A stretch of DNA of 64,000 nt. It comes from an uncultured Blautia sp. (GTDB lineage Bacteria; Bacillota; Clostridia; Lachnospirales; Lachnospiraceae). The notes below the pieces were generated by a model. That model was not told the DNA's origin. It made no database searches and saw only the letters and a list, made by a program, of their open reading frames with translations. Positions 28,085 to 37,296 of the stretch are shown here, in pieces. Numbering within the stretch: the stretch's first letter is position 1; each line of letters begins with the position of its first letter. A program made the translations under genes and the position numbers. The DNA is taken from positions 123-64,122 of the forward strand of contig USDN01000009.1 in NCBI GenBank assembly GCA_900553515.1. Reading direction: 5' to 3'.

Positions 28085-29470
28085 TTATCGTATCTTTGCA
28101 GCTTTTTTTGCCTGGGTTTCTTCCCAAAGTCTGTCTGCTTCAGGCGCCCACTGCCGGGCATAGGCTGTACACTTTCCGCACAGATGCTCTGCTGTTTCCG
28201 GGGACTGCAGATCTGTGGAATGGGCTCCCGACTCTTTTACCAGCTTCTGGAGAATCTCCGGATTCTCCAGCATCGGGCAGGGACGAAGCATATTTTCATT
28301 AAATGGCTGATTATTATGGTATGCCATGAACAGCGGCTGCTTCAGAATCTCAAGGATTGTATTTTCCCGGATATTTCCGTTGGAATAATGGATGAACACA
28401 CAGGGTTCCGCATCTCCATTGGCATTAATATGGAAGTAATTTCTTCCTCCTGCAATGCAGCCCCCGACAAACTCTCCGTCATTCTGAAAATCCATGGTAA
28501 ACAGTCCCGGTCCGTGTTCCATGTTTCGGATTTCTCTTACTCTGTCGTGCATATAGACCCTCTGTTCTGCTGTTGGCAGAAGCTCCAGAGACGCATCGTT
28601 TCCAACCGGCATATAATGAAAATACAGAGAATAACGGCAGCCTTTTTCCACCAGCATATTTACAAACTCATCACTTGTCACACTGTCGATGTTCTGACTG
28701 GTGTAGCAGATCGAAGTACCAAAAACAAGGCCATTCTCCTTCAGAAGCTCCATAGCATGCATTACTTTGCCATAAACACCCTCTCCACGACGCAGGTCAT
28801 TCACTTCCAGCTTTCCCTCCAGACTCAGAGCCAGGAACAGGTTTCCTGCTTCCTGCATCTGACGGCAGAGTTCTTCATCTACAAGAGTTCCGTTTGTGTA
28901 AGCAAGGAATACACAGTCGTTATGTTTTTTGCAGAGTGCGATCACATCTTTTTTGCGTACCATAGGTTCTCCGCCTGTCAGCATATAGAAATAAACGCCA
29001 AGCTCTTTTCCCTGGGTAATGACAGAATCCATTTCCTCAAAGGTAAGATTCAGCTTATTTCCGTATTCTGCCGCCCAGCATCCTGTACAGTGAAGATTGC
29101 AGGCGCTGGTAGGATCCATAAGAATGATCCATGGAATATTGCAGTTATGTACTTTTCGCATTTCACGAATGGTCTTTGTACCATGATAAAAAGCCTCATA
29201 TCCCAGATTCACAAGTGTCGTCCTCAGAACATTGGGATGAAGTTCATCCACCATAGAACTAACATATCGGTTCAGCGTATATTCCGGATTTAAGGCTGCC
29301 CGTCTTAAATATTCCCAGTTGATCCCCAGATTAAAATCATTCATATATTTTTCTGCGGTGTCAAGGATCTTTTCATAAGCGCCCTGACGGTCTTTATTGA
29401 TCTGACCGAGTTCATGCTCTATGACTCCTGAAAAAACTTTTCTGCCTGCTGCGTGTGCGATTCTGTTCAT
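28085..29470 (-). CDS. Radical SAM protein with SPASM/twitch-like C-terminus
   Basis: CNLHCTGC, TGGEP, GCIAGG...EPC...CP; start trimmed to ATG 29470. Confidence 0.9.
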   Translation of the reverse strand: MNRIAHAAGRKVFSGVIEHELGQINKDRQGAYEKILDTAEKYMNDFNLGINWEYLRRAALNPEYTLNRYVSSMVDELHPNVLRTTLVNLGYEAFYHGTKTIREMRKVHNCNIPWIILMDPTSACNLHCTGCWAAEYGNKLNLTFEEMDSVITQGKELGVYFYMLTGGEPMVRKKDVIALCKKHNDCVFLAYTNGTLVDEELCRQMQEAGNLFLALSLEGKLEVNDLRRGEGVYGKVMHAMELLKENGLVFGTSICYTSQNIDSVTSDEFVNMLVEKGCRYSLYFHYMPVGNDASLELLPTAEQRVYMHDRVREIRNMEHGPGLFTMDFQNDGEFVGGCIAGGRNYFHINANGDAEPCVFIHYSNGNIRENTILEILKQPLFMAYHNNQPFNENMLRPCPMLENPEILQKLVKESGAHSTDLQSPETAEHLCGKCTAYARQWAPEADRLWEETQAKKAAKIR

Positions 29471-29605
29471 CTGCAATTCCTCCCTGTAATGTACGCTTCC
29501 AAAACGGTACCTGATTTTGCTTATCAATTGGTATAGCTTTCATTATAGGCGGAAATGTACTTTTTTCCATAAACAAAAACTGAACTGTGTTTAGTTTTTT
29601 ATCAT

Positions 29606-30385
29606 TCAGAGCATTTTGTCTAGTTTCTTCAATTCACTGAAAGGAATCGTTCCTCCAAAAAGATCCAGCGCGCTGCCTACGGTAACGTCCAGCAGTCCCT
29701 TTCCATAAACATTCAGAAGCCGGATATCCTCCATACTTCCTACACCTCCTGCATAGGTAACAGGTTTTTCTCCATATTCAGCAAGGATTTCCGCAAGCTC
29801 TGTCTCTATACCGGAAGCTTTTCCTTCCACATCTACTGCATGAATAAGAAACTCGTCACAATGGCTTCCAAGCTCCCGCATTCTTTCCGGCGTTACTTCC
29901 ACATCTGTAAATTTCTGCCAGCGATCCGTAACAATATAGTATGCACCGTCTCTTTTCCTGCAGCTGAGATCCAGGACAAGATGTTCTTTCCCTGTCTCTC
30001 TTTCTATTTTTTCCAGATTTTCCCAGCACAGACTGCCATCCCGAAACACATAGGAGGTCACAATCACATGGCTTGCCCCTGCGTCCAGATACTGCTGTGC
30101 ATTATCCGCGCGTACTCCTCCTCCGATCTGCAATCCTCCGGGAAAAGTTTTCAGCGCCTTTCGAGCCTGTTCTCTGGTCTCTTCAAAATATGGAGAGCTT
30201 TCCGGATTCAGAAGAATCACATGTCCTCCCCCGAGACCCGCTTCTTTGTAAAGAGATGCATAAAATGCAGCATCCTGTTCCGAAACAAAATTTTCCCGCG
30301 CCTGATCTCCGGCATCCTTCAGGCTTCCTCCTACAATCTGCTTCACCTTACCATTATGTATATCAATACATGGGCGAAATCGCAT
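29606..30385 (-). CDS. hisA: ProFAR isomerase HisA, eukaryote-like (His6) type
   Basis: MRFRPCIDIHNGKVKQIVGG, GHVILL, LVLDLSCR, HAVDVEG, TVGSALDLFGG. Confidence 0.88.
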   Translation of the reverse strand: MRFRPCIDIHNGKVKQIVGGSLKDAGDQARENFVSEQDAAFYASLYKEAGLGGGHVILLNPESSPYFEETREQARKALKTFPGGLQIGGGVRADNAQQYLDAGASHVIVTSYVFRDGSLCWENLEKIERETGKEHLVLDLSCRKRDGAYYIVTDRWQKFTDVEVTPERMRELGSHCDEFLIHAVDVEGKASGIETELAEILAEYGEKPVTYAGGVGSMEDIRLLNVYGKGLLDVTVGSALDLFGGTIPFSELKKLDKML

Positions 30386-30666
30386 TATATCCCCTCCTCT
30401 TCTGCTTTCCCGCCAGCTGTCTGACGGTACTTTCTCCTGTACAAAACATGCCGCATACGCAGATGGAAAAAGCTTCTGAAAATCCAGCTTTTTCCTGTAT
30501 GCAGTATCCGGCAATGCCAACATGATCCTTTTATATTCAGCATCCTTGGTATCCTGTATAAAATTACCGGTATGCTGATATCATATTATGATTTTATTTT
30601 CTGTGCAACTTTATTTTGTTGTATCAGGTCACAAAAATTTCTCCTGCTGTCTGTTCACAATAGCTT

Positions 30667-31143
30667 TTATCTTCCTTCTGCCGCATTGTCTACAGCATCT
30701 CCCATATCTTTTACTGCATTTCCTACTCCATCTCCCAGATCTTTCACACTGTTGCCAATTTCACCGGAAATGGTATCGTCGTTTCTGTCAGTATCCTTAT
30801 TTTCATCCATCATGCCGTCTGCGCTGCCTTCTGTATTGTCTCCGGCAATTGTATTATCATCTGCGGCATTATTTTCGGAAGCTGTATTGCCATCGGCTGT
30901 ATTTTCATTGTCATTTGCCGCATTTTCATTTACTGTATCGTTTCCTTCCATATCATTTGCAGTATCTCTGTTGGAATCCTCCTGTTTTTTGTCTCCCCGA
31001 TCCGTACTGTCAGAATTCCCCTTATTGTCTGTCATGGTTCCTGATTCGTCTGCATTATTATCTGTGTTTTCTCCGCAGGCTGTAAACGCCCCCAGGGCAA
31101 GCACCAGCATCATACCTGTCATAATCTTTTTTAAATTTTTCAT
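30667..31143 (-). CDS. Acidic low-complexity lipoprotein
   Basis: MKNLKK, hydrophobic stretch, FTAC lipobox; D/N-rich body. Confidence 0.75.
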   Translation of the reverse strand: MKNLKKIMTGMMLVLALGAFTACGENTDNNADESGTMTDNKGNSDSTDRGDKKQEDSNRDTANDMEGNDTVNENAANDNENTADGNTASENNAADDNTIAGDNTEGSADGMMDENKDTDRNDDTISGEIGNSVKDLGDGVGNAVKDMGDAVDNAAEGR

Positions 31144-31395
31144 ACTGATCCGTCTCCTTTTCTTGGATTTTATTCTGATACAGATAATATGTGCAGTTTG
31201 CAAAATAATATCAAAGGAATTTTTTTCCAAAAAATTGTGTTTGTGGATATGGGACGGAATATAATTTTGTGTCTGTAAGTAGCAGCGTTGATGTACAGGA
31301 GTCAGAGAAATCTTCCACAGAAGCTGGTTCGCGATTTGGAACGTTCTATGTTTCTGCTTCTTTGCAAAAAACGTCCCCCTCAAACATGCCTGATA

Positions 31396-32196
31396 TTAGA
31401 TATGTAAATCTTTTTTGCAAAATATCATAATTCCGATCATATAAAGCCCCACTGCGCCGATTCCCAATACAGCAGCGCCAATAATTGCACTGTTTTCACC
31501 GGATATCATTCCGTACGCATCAAAAAGAGTAAAGAAAGTTAAATATTTTGCTGCCTCTGCCTTTTCGCCCACATTAGCAAGCATCTGAAGCACATACATA
31601 AGCGCCGGAATCCCTGCTCCGAAAGCAACGCTGTATTTCGTATCCGAAAAAATGCAGGATGCAAGAAAACAAATACTGCCGATAAACAAATGCAGACACA
31701 AGAGAGCGGCATTTAATTTCAACAGTTCCGATATTACAAGTTCATTGGGAAAACCAATCTCAGCAATTACGATTTCCAGTCCGGTTGTATAAATGACAAG
31801 AAACAGTATTCCGCTGATCAGAACGAATGCCTGCGTTGCTGCAACAGTTCTTCGTTTTACCGGCGCAGCAAGCAAGCTAACCATGGAGCCCTTATCTGTA
31901 TACCTGGCGATCAGTCCATTTCCGCGTAAAATACAGAACACCATAGGAAAAATTAATAATATAAATCCATAAAGGTAGGAAATCATAAAACCGATCAGGC
32001 TTGTGGAACCTGCAGTCATTCCAACTGATGCCATTATTTCCGGCATTATCGCATAAAAACTGTCCAATGTTTTCATCATCTCCGGATCATACATGCTGAT
32101 GATAACAGAAACATACATAGATATGACAGCAGCAAATATAACAAGCATTTTCAGGCTGCCTTTCATCTCTCGTTTATACAGAGCCATATTAAGCAA
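31396..32196 (-). CDS. ABC-2-type permease
   Basis: Multi-TM, ends in KKDLHI; TTG start after GGAGGTG overlapping the ATPase end. Confidence 0.82.
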   Translation of the reverse strand: MLNMALYKREMKGSLKMLVIFAAVISMYVSVIISMYDPEMMKTLDSFYAIMPEIMASVGMTAGSTSLIGFMISYLYGFILLIFPMVFCILRGNGLIARYTDKGSMVSLLAAPVKRRTVAATQAFVLISGILFLVIYTTGLEIVIAEIGFPNELVISELLKLNAALLCLHLFIGSICFLASCIFSDTKYSVAFGAGIPALMYVLQMLANVGEKAEAAKYLTFFTLFDAYGMISGENSAIIGAAVLGIGAVGLYMIGIMIFCKKDLHI

Positions 32197-33007
32197 TTGG
32201 AGCACCTCCGTAATAATCCATAAAAATTGTTTCAAGACTTTGCTTCGCAGATACCGTAACATTACTTCCGTCACATATTCCTTTAAAATCTCTCGCAAAA
32301 TCTTCCGCAAGTTCCGGAGAATCCAAATGTACCGTATAGGTACGCATATGACGTTCTCTTAATTTTTCAACCAGATCAACCGCAGCCAGCTTTCCGTCCC
32401 GGATCATACCGATACGGTCGCAGGTACGTTCTACTTCCTCAAACATATGGCTTGATAAAAGAATCGTTTTTCCTTTCCTTTTTTCTTCTGCAATCAGTTC
32501 GATAAAACGATTCTGCATCAGTGGGTCAAGCCCGCTTGTGGGTTCATCTAAAATCAATATATCCGGATTATGCATAAATGCTGAAACAATTCCCAGTTTC
32601 TGTTTCATTCCCTTACTCATTTTTTTGATTTTGCCCTTTGGATCTAATTCAAATCGATCAAGCATTTCCTGGGTTCGATTATCCTTTTCGATGTTTCGGT
32701 AGTCTGATATAAATTTCAGAAATTCCTTTCCCGTCATATTATCAAAAAAACTGATTTCCCCGGGAATATATCCTACTCTTTTTTGGATCATTTCACGATC
32801 TTTCCAGCAGTCCAGTCCATGAATCTGGCAGTTTCCCTCCTTTGCTTTAATAAATCCCATCAAATGACGGATTGTTGTTGTTTTTCCTGCTCCGTTTGGA
32901 CCTAAAAAACCAAAAGCTTCACCTTTTTCTACCTGAATAGACACATGAAATATTCCTCTGCCCGAACCATAATCTCTGGTCAGATTCCGTATATTTATTT
33001 CACTCAT
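32189..33007 (-). CDS. ABC transporter ATP-binding protein
   Basis: GPNGAGKTT, MSKGMKQK, LDEPTSGLDP. Confidence 0.92.
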   Translation of the reverse strand: MSEINIRNLTRDYGSGRGIFHVSIQVEKGEAFGFLGPNGAGKTTTIRHLMGFIKAKEGNCQIHGLDCWKDREMIQKRVGYIPGEISFFDNMTGKEFLKFISDYRNIEKDNRTQEMLDRFELDPKGKIKKMSKGMKQKLGIVSAFMHNPDILILDEPTSGLDPLMQNRFIELIAEEKRKGKTILLSSHMFEEVERTCDRIGMIRDGKLAAVDLVEKLRERHMRTYTVHLDSPELAEDFARDFKGICDGSNVTVSAKQSLETIFMDYYGGAPIA

Positions 33008-33021
33008 TGAAATTTTTCTCC

Positions 33022-33600
33022 TTATATGAATCCCTGGCTGTCATATCGGTTTCTGTATAAAATTTTTGCCTGTTTCGTATATTTTCTAATAAATTCTGTT
33101 TTCGCGTTTGTATATCCATCTCTGTCATGCTCATAATCCTTCCACAGTTTCAGCTTTAATTTTTCATATTCTCTGGCGGCATCAGGATGTTCAATCAGGT
33201 AATCGCGAAAATACAGTTCATTATTATCACCATAATACCTTAAATGTAAATGAAAGACCCTGTCAGCAAATCCTTTCTCCGTATATCCTTTGTTAAAAGA
33301 AATCCCTTCTTCTCTTTGTGCCATACAAATATAACCGTCATTTATGATTCGCTCTTTATAATCAGATAAGCTGCTCCTCTTTGGGACTTCCACAAGAATG
33401 TCAATAATTGGTTTTGCCCAGACAGCCGGAATTGCAGTGCTTCCTATATGGCTTATTCTTTCAATTTGCGGAAGATTTTCTTCCAGCAGATTCTTTTCTT
33501 CAAGATACCATTCTTTCCAATGCTCCTGGTGTTCCGTCAGAAAAATGGGGAACAACTGCCACAGTTCTTCTAAACTCATTTCAGATAATTTCTTTCCCAT
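33022..33600 (-). CDS. GrpB (UPF0157) nucleotidyltransferase-like protein
   Basis: HIGSTAIP...AKPIIDI...HLH...FRDYL...YTNAK; start trimmed to ATG 33600. Confidence 0.88.
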   Translation of the reverse strand: MGKKLSEMSLEELWQLFPIFLTEHQEHWKEWYLEEKNLLEENLPQIERISHIGSTAIPAVWAKPIIDILVEVPKRSSLSDYKERIINDGYICMAQREEGISFNKGYTEKGFADRVFHLHLRYYGDNNELYFRDYLIEHPDAAREYEKLKLKLWKDYEHDRDGYTNAKTEFIRKYTKQAKILYRNRYDSQGFI

Positions 33601-33612
33601 TATTTTTCCTTT

Positions 33613-33910
33613 AAATTCTGTTTGTAGTGGTGGGGCAGGCGAATTTCTATTTGGCTGGTATCCACTTTCAGATGCAGAAAGAAAAAGGCAGATCATAGTG
33701 CCTTGCGAGGCTTCCGTTGGTAAGCCTGTGTTAGCTGCTGCCACCGGGCACGCTGTCTGAGCTGTCAGGCGAGTTCGTGCGAATGGCAGCAAATCAGCGC
33801 ACAGGTTTACCAGGAAACACAGCACAGCACATGATCTGCCTTTTTTTTATATACATCGTCTGTGGGTAACAGGAAATAAAAATTCACCCCACTCCCACAA
33901 ACAGAAATTT
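33613..33910. repeat. About 300-bp nested inverted-repeat (MITE/REP-like) element
   Basis: TTCTGTTTGT/ACAAACAGAA ends; AAAAAGGCAGATCAT/ATGATCTGCCTTTTT; GGTAAGCCTGTG/CACAGGTTTACC; TGCTGCCA/TGGCAGCA. Confidence 0.75.
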
Positions 33911-33920
33911 TGGTATCCTT

Positions 33921-34682
33921 TTATTTTGCTTCAATCACATCTGCCATATCGTACTTTCCCGCTGGCTTCCCTGCAAGAAATTTGGCAGCTTCTACAGCGC
34001 CCTTTCCAAATACGGCCTTGGAATAAGCAGTATGCTTAAACTCGATCACCTCATCCGGACCTGCAAAGATCACCTCATGATCTCCTACAATCGTTCCGCC
34101 TCTGACAGCAGAAATCCCAATCTCCTTATGTGAACGCATCTCTCTTTTCTGACTGCGGTCAAACACATAGTTATATTCGTTTCCCATTGCCTCATTGAGA
34201 CTGTCTGCAAGAGCAAGGGCAGTACCGCTTGGCGCATCCAGCTTCAGACGGTGATGACGCTCCACGATCTCCATATCGAATCCTGCTGCTGCAAGAACTT
34301 TCGCCGCCTCCTGGATCAGCTTCAGAAGTGTGTTGATACCCAGAGACATGTTTGCCGATTTCAGGACTGCAGTTTTCTTCGCAGTTTCTTCAACCTTTGC
34401 AAGCTGTTCTTCACTTAAGCCCGTAGTACAGAGAACAACCGGAAGCTTTCTTTCTGCACAGTAATCCAGAAGCGCATCTACTGCTTTTGCAGAAGAAAAA
34501 TCAATCACTACATCAATATCCTCCTGGCATGCAGAAAGCTCTGTATATACAGGATAGGAAGTATTTCCTCTGTCTGCGATATCTACTCCGGCTACGATCT
34601 GTGCCTCAGGATCTTTCTCCACAAGACCGGAGATCACCTGTCCCATATGTCCACAGCAGCCGTGCATCATAATCTTTATCAT
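33921..34682 (-). CDS. dapB: 4-hydroxy-tetrahydrodipicolinate reductase
   Basis: GCCGHMG, VIDFS, CTTG, EIVERHHRLKLDAPSGTA. Confidence 0.95.
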   Translation of the reverse strand: MIKIMMHGCCGHMGQVISGLVEKDPEAQIVAGVDIADRGNTSYPVYTELSACQEDIDVVIDFSSAKAVDALLDYCAERKLPVVLCTTGLSEEQLAKVEETAKKTAVLKSANMSLGINTLLKLIQEAAKVLAAAGFDMEIVERHHRLKLDAPSGTALALADSLNEAMGNEYNYVFDRSQKREMRSHKEIGISAVRGGTIVGDHEVIFAGPDEVIEFKHTAYSKAVFGKGAVEAAKFLAGKPAGKYDMADVIEAK

Positions 34683-34684
34683 AA

Positions 34685-34753
34685 TTTCCTCCTCATTGTG
34701 CGTGTTTTTGCACATCCAGGTACACTCTCGAGTGTTTCCTCCTCATTGTGCGT
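34685..34753. repeat. 19-bp direct repeat containing the RBS, flanking 31 bp
   Basis: TTTCCTCCTCATTGTGCGT at 34685-34703 and 34735-34753. Confidence 0.9.
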
Positions 34754-34755
34754 AT

Positions 34756-35649
34756 TTATGCCAGCTTCAGACCGTAATCCACCATTGCTTTCCTGAGGAT
34801 TTCTTTATTGCTCTCTTCCATTTCACAAAGAGGCATACGAAGAGGTCCCACTTCCATTCCCATCATATTCATAGCGGTTTTTACCGGGATAGGATTCACT
34901 TCACAGAACAGGGCATTCACAAGAGGAATGGCTTCAATCTGGAGTTTTGCAGCTTCCTTGATATCACCCTCCAGGAATTTCATTACCATATCATGTGTCT
35001 GCTTAGGCGCAACATTGGAAAGAACTGAGATCACTCCAAGTCCGCCAAGGGACAGCACTGGAAGAACCTGATCATCATTTCCGGAATAAAGTTCCAGCTT
35101 CTCTCCTGCAAGAGATACTGTCTTGGCAATCTGAGAAAGATCACCGCTGGCAGCTTTGATTCCAACGATATTTTTAACATTTTTTACAAGTGCAGCCACA
35201 GTTGCCGGCTGAAGATTACAGCCTGTACGGCTTGGTACGTTATACATGATGATCGGTGTTTCCGGAACAGCTTCTGCAATAGCTGTATAATGTGCGATCA
35301 AACCTTTCTGAGTAGCCTTATTATAATAAGGAGTCACGATCAGAAGTGCATCTGCTCCATAAGAAGCAGCTTCTTTTGACAGCATGATCGCTGTTTCTGT
35401 ACAATTAGAACCTGTACCAGCAATTACAGGAACACGTTTTGCCACCTTATCAATAGTAAACTTGATGGTTTTCAGGTGTTCTCCATGTGTCATAGTAGAT
35501 GACTCCCCTGTAGTTCCGCAGATGATAATGGCATCTGTACTGTTAGCGATCTGATACTCCAGAATCTCCTCCAGTTTATCATAATTTACACTTCCGTCTT
35601 CATGCATAGGTGTAATGATCGCAACACCTGCTCCCTTAAAAATTGCCAT
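34756..35649 (-). CDS. dapA: 4-hydroxy-tetrahydrodipicolinate synthase
   Basis: GTTGES, TPYYNK, YNVPSRT, GIK, SGND, NPIPVK. Confidence 0.96.
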   Translation of the reverse strand: MAIFKGAGVAIITPMHEDGSVNYDKLEEILEYQIANSTDAIIICGTTGESSTMTHGEHLKTIKFTIDKVAKRVPVIAGTGSNCTETAIMLSKEAASYGADALLIVTPYYNKATQKGLIAHYTAIAEAVPETPIIMYNVPSRTGCNLQPATVAALVKNVKNIVGIKAASGDLSQIAKTVSLAGEKLELYSGNDDQVLPVLSLGGLGVISVLSNVAPKQTHDMVMKFLEGDIKEAAKLQIEAIPLVNALFCEVNPIPVKTAMNMMGMEVGPLRMPLCEMEESNKEILRKAMVDYGLKLA

Positions 35650-35705
35650 ATCAGTTCCTCCTTTATCCTTCTGTACTATATTATGCAAATAACAGCTCTG
35701 CCGAC

Positions 35706-36230
35706 TTATGCCTCAGGCTGTATTTCAGAATCATTTTTTTCAACCGTATCTTCTGTAAGTCTTATTACTGTATCTACATACGGTCTCAGTCCTTCCGGCA
35801 GATTCGTACCGGTCATAACAATCTGCATACTCCGGTCTCTCTGCCTGAGGATCTCTGCAACTGTATCCGCTGAAACGATTCCCTGCTCTATTACTCCCAG
35901 TATTTCATCCAGAAGCAGAAAATCACATTCCTGCGTAACAATTACTTTTCTTGCAAAATTTAATCCATTAAGAATATTAGCCCGCTCTTCTTCTTTCTCC
36001 TCATCGGTAAGATCATCGTAGCAGCAGTCCTGTTTTTCAAAACGGAAAATCTTGATGTCCAGATCATCCAGCTGTTCTAAAAAATCAACTGAACGCCGTT
36101 CCCTGCCTTTCAGAAACTGGATGATAATAACGCTTTTTCCCTCAGCAGCTGCGCGAAGGCTCTGTCCAAGTCCTAATGTAGTCTTTCCCTTCGCACTTCC
36201 GCAGTATGCTTCTATTAATTCTTTTTCCAT
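35706..36230 (-). CDS. CobO/BtuR-type adenosyltransferase-like protein
   Basis: KGKTT, IQFLKG, LLDEI, VMTG. Confidence 0.8.
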   Translation of the reverse strand: MEKELIEAYCGSAKGKTTLGLGQSLRAAAEGKSVIIIQFLKGRERRSVDFLEQLDDLDIKIFRFEKQDCCYDDLTDEEKEEERANILNGLNFARKVIVTQECDFLLLDEILGVIEQGIVSADTVAEILRQRDRSMQIVMTGTNLPEGLRPYVDTVIRLTEDTVEKNDSEIQPEA

Positions 36231-36479
36231 GACAATTCCTCTTAGTATTGATGAAACTGCATCTTTTTTAATGTCCTTATCTTACCGCAGATTTTCTGAA
36301 ATTGCAAGCATTACTCTGGCAGAGCCCTATATATATTCGCCCTGTTTATATGCAGGCATATCGCTTCTATATCCCTCTCTTCCCGACATACCAACTCGAT
36401 TTCACTTCTCCCATATGGCAGCCTATACAGCCAGATACTTATAATACTTCTGGCTGTATAACCTGTCTCATGTCCCGGT

Positions 36480-37106
36480 TTATTCCAGGTATTCCAGCTT
36501 GCTGACGGAAACTTCGTAAGCTGTGCGGCGCTCTGTCTGATTTTCACCCAGTTTTTTTACATATTCCCTGCTCTGGATCCTTCCCCAGATCAGAACATGT
36601 CCCCCAACCGTAAATGCTGACGCATAACGTGCGTTTCTTCCCCAGCAGATACAGGGTATGTAATCTGATTTTCCATAGGGACGGTTTACTGCCAGAAGCA
36701 CATCTGCGATTTCTCTTCCCAGAGGAGTTTTGCGGTAAACCGGAGGTTTACAGATATACCCATCCATAAAAATCTGATTAGTCGGGATCACATCTTCATC
36801 CTGCCCAATAAATCTTACCTCTCTGGCAAATACGGAAAGCACCAGACGATTATGCTTTTCTTCATGACGGTTATAGGATCGAAACTGACCGCTGATCTCT
36901 ATATATTCGCCCACATAATTCTGCGTTACATCTACCAGTCTTTCAGAAACCATCACCGGAATCCTGTCTTCGGAATCACTGAGTCGTTTCACAATGAGAT
37001 CCATCACAAAAAATCCCTCTCCGAATACCTGATGACTGAATGTAAAGCCGGTAGCAATCTTCCCCATGATCGATACCTGATTGTTTTCAATGATTTTGTC
37101 TGCCAT
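36480..37106 (-). CDS. ssb: Single-stranded DNA-binding protein (clostridial tandem-OB type)
   Basis: RLSD...GQFRSYN; RKTPLGREI...AVNR...YIPCICWG...GRIQSREY. Confidence 0.88.
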   Translation of the reverse strand: MADKIIENNQVSIMGKIATGFTFSHQVFGEGFFVMDLIVKRLSDSEDRIPVMVSERLVDVTQNYVGEYIEISGQFRSYNRHEEKHNRLVLSVFAREVRFIGQDEDVIPTNQIFMDGYICKPPVYRKTPLGREIADVLLAVNRPYGKSDYIPCICWGRNARYASAFTVGGHVLIWGRIQSREYVKKLGENQTERRTAYEVSVSKLEYLE

Positions 37107-37296
37107 AATACAGTTCTCCTTCCTCTTTGGGTATTTTGTCTATATTAGCCTATGTACCTGTCCGGAAGTTTAGAACCCAAATCTCAAAAATTTTTTTGGA
37201 ACACCTTGTATTCTTTGAAAAATGTGGTAAACTGAAATGTCGTACCATGAATAAAACACATTAATATAGAAGAAAAAAGAAAGGATTTCGATTTTT

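Noticed and set aside
30390..30560. T-box upstream of hisA
   Set aside because: No T-box GGTGG-ACC motif or terminator T-run seen.
33601..33825. N-terminal extensions in the ORF track (grpB; also cobW-like, hisA, ABC-F, lipoprotein, permease)
   Set aside because: They run through hairpins, leaders or neighbouring genes; downstream starts have better RBSs and match family N-termini.
36231..36479. Possible cobalamin or lysine riboswitch upstream of cobO-like/dapA/dapB
   Set aside because: Only a terminator-like hairpin (ATACAGCCAGA/TCTGGCTGTAT) and short palindromes; no riboswitch core recognised. An Rfam scan would settle it.
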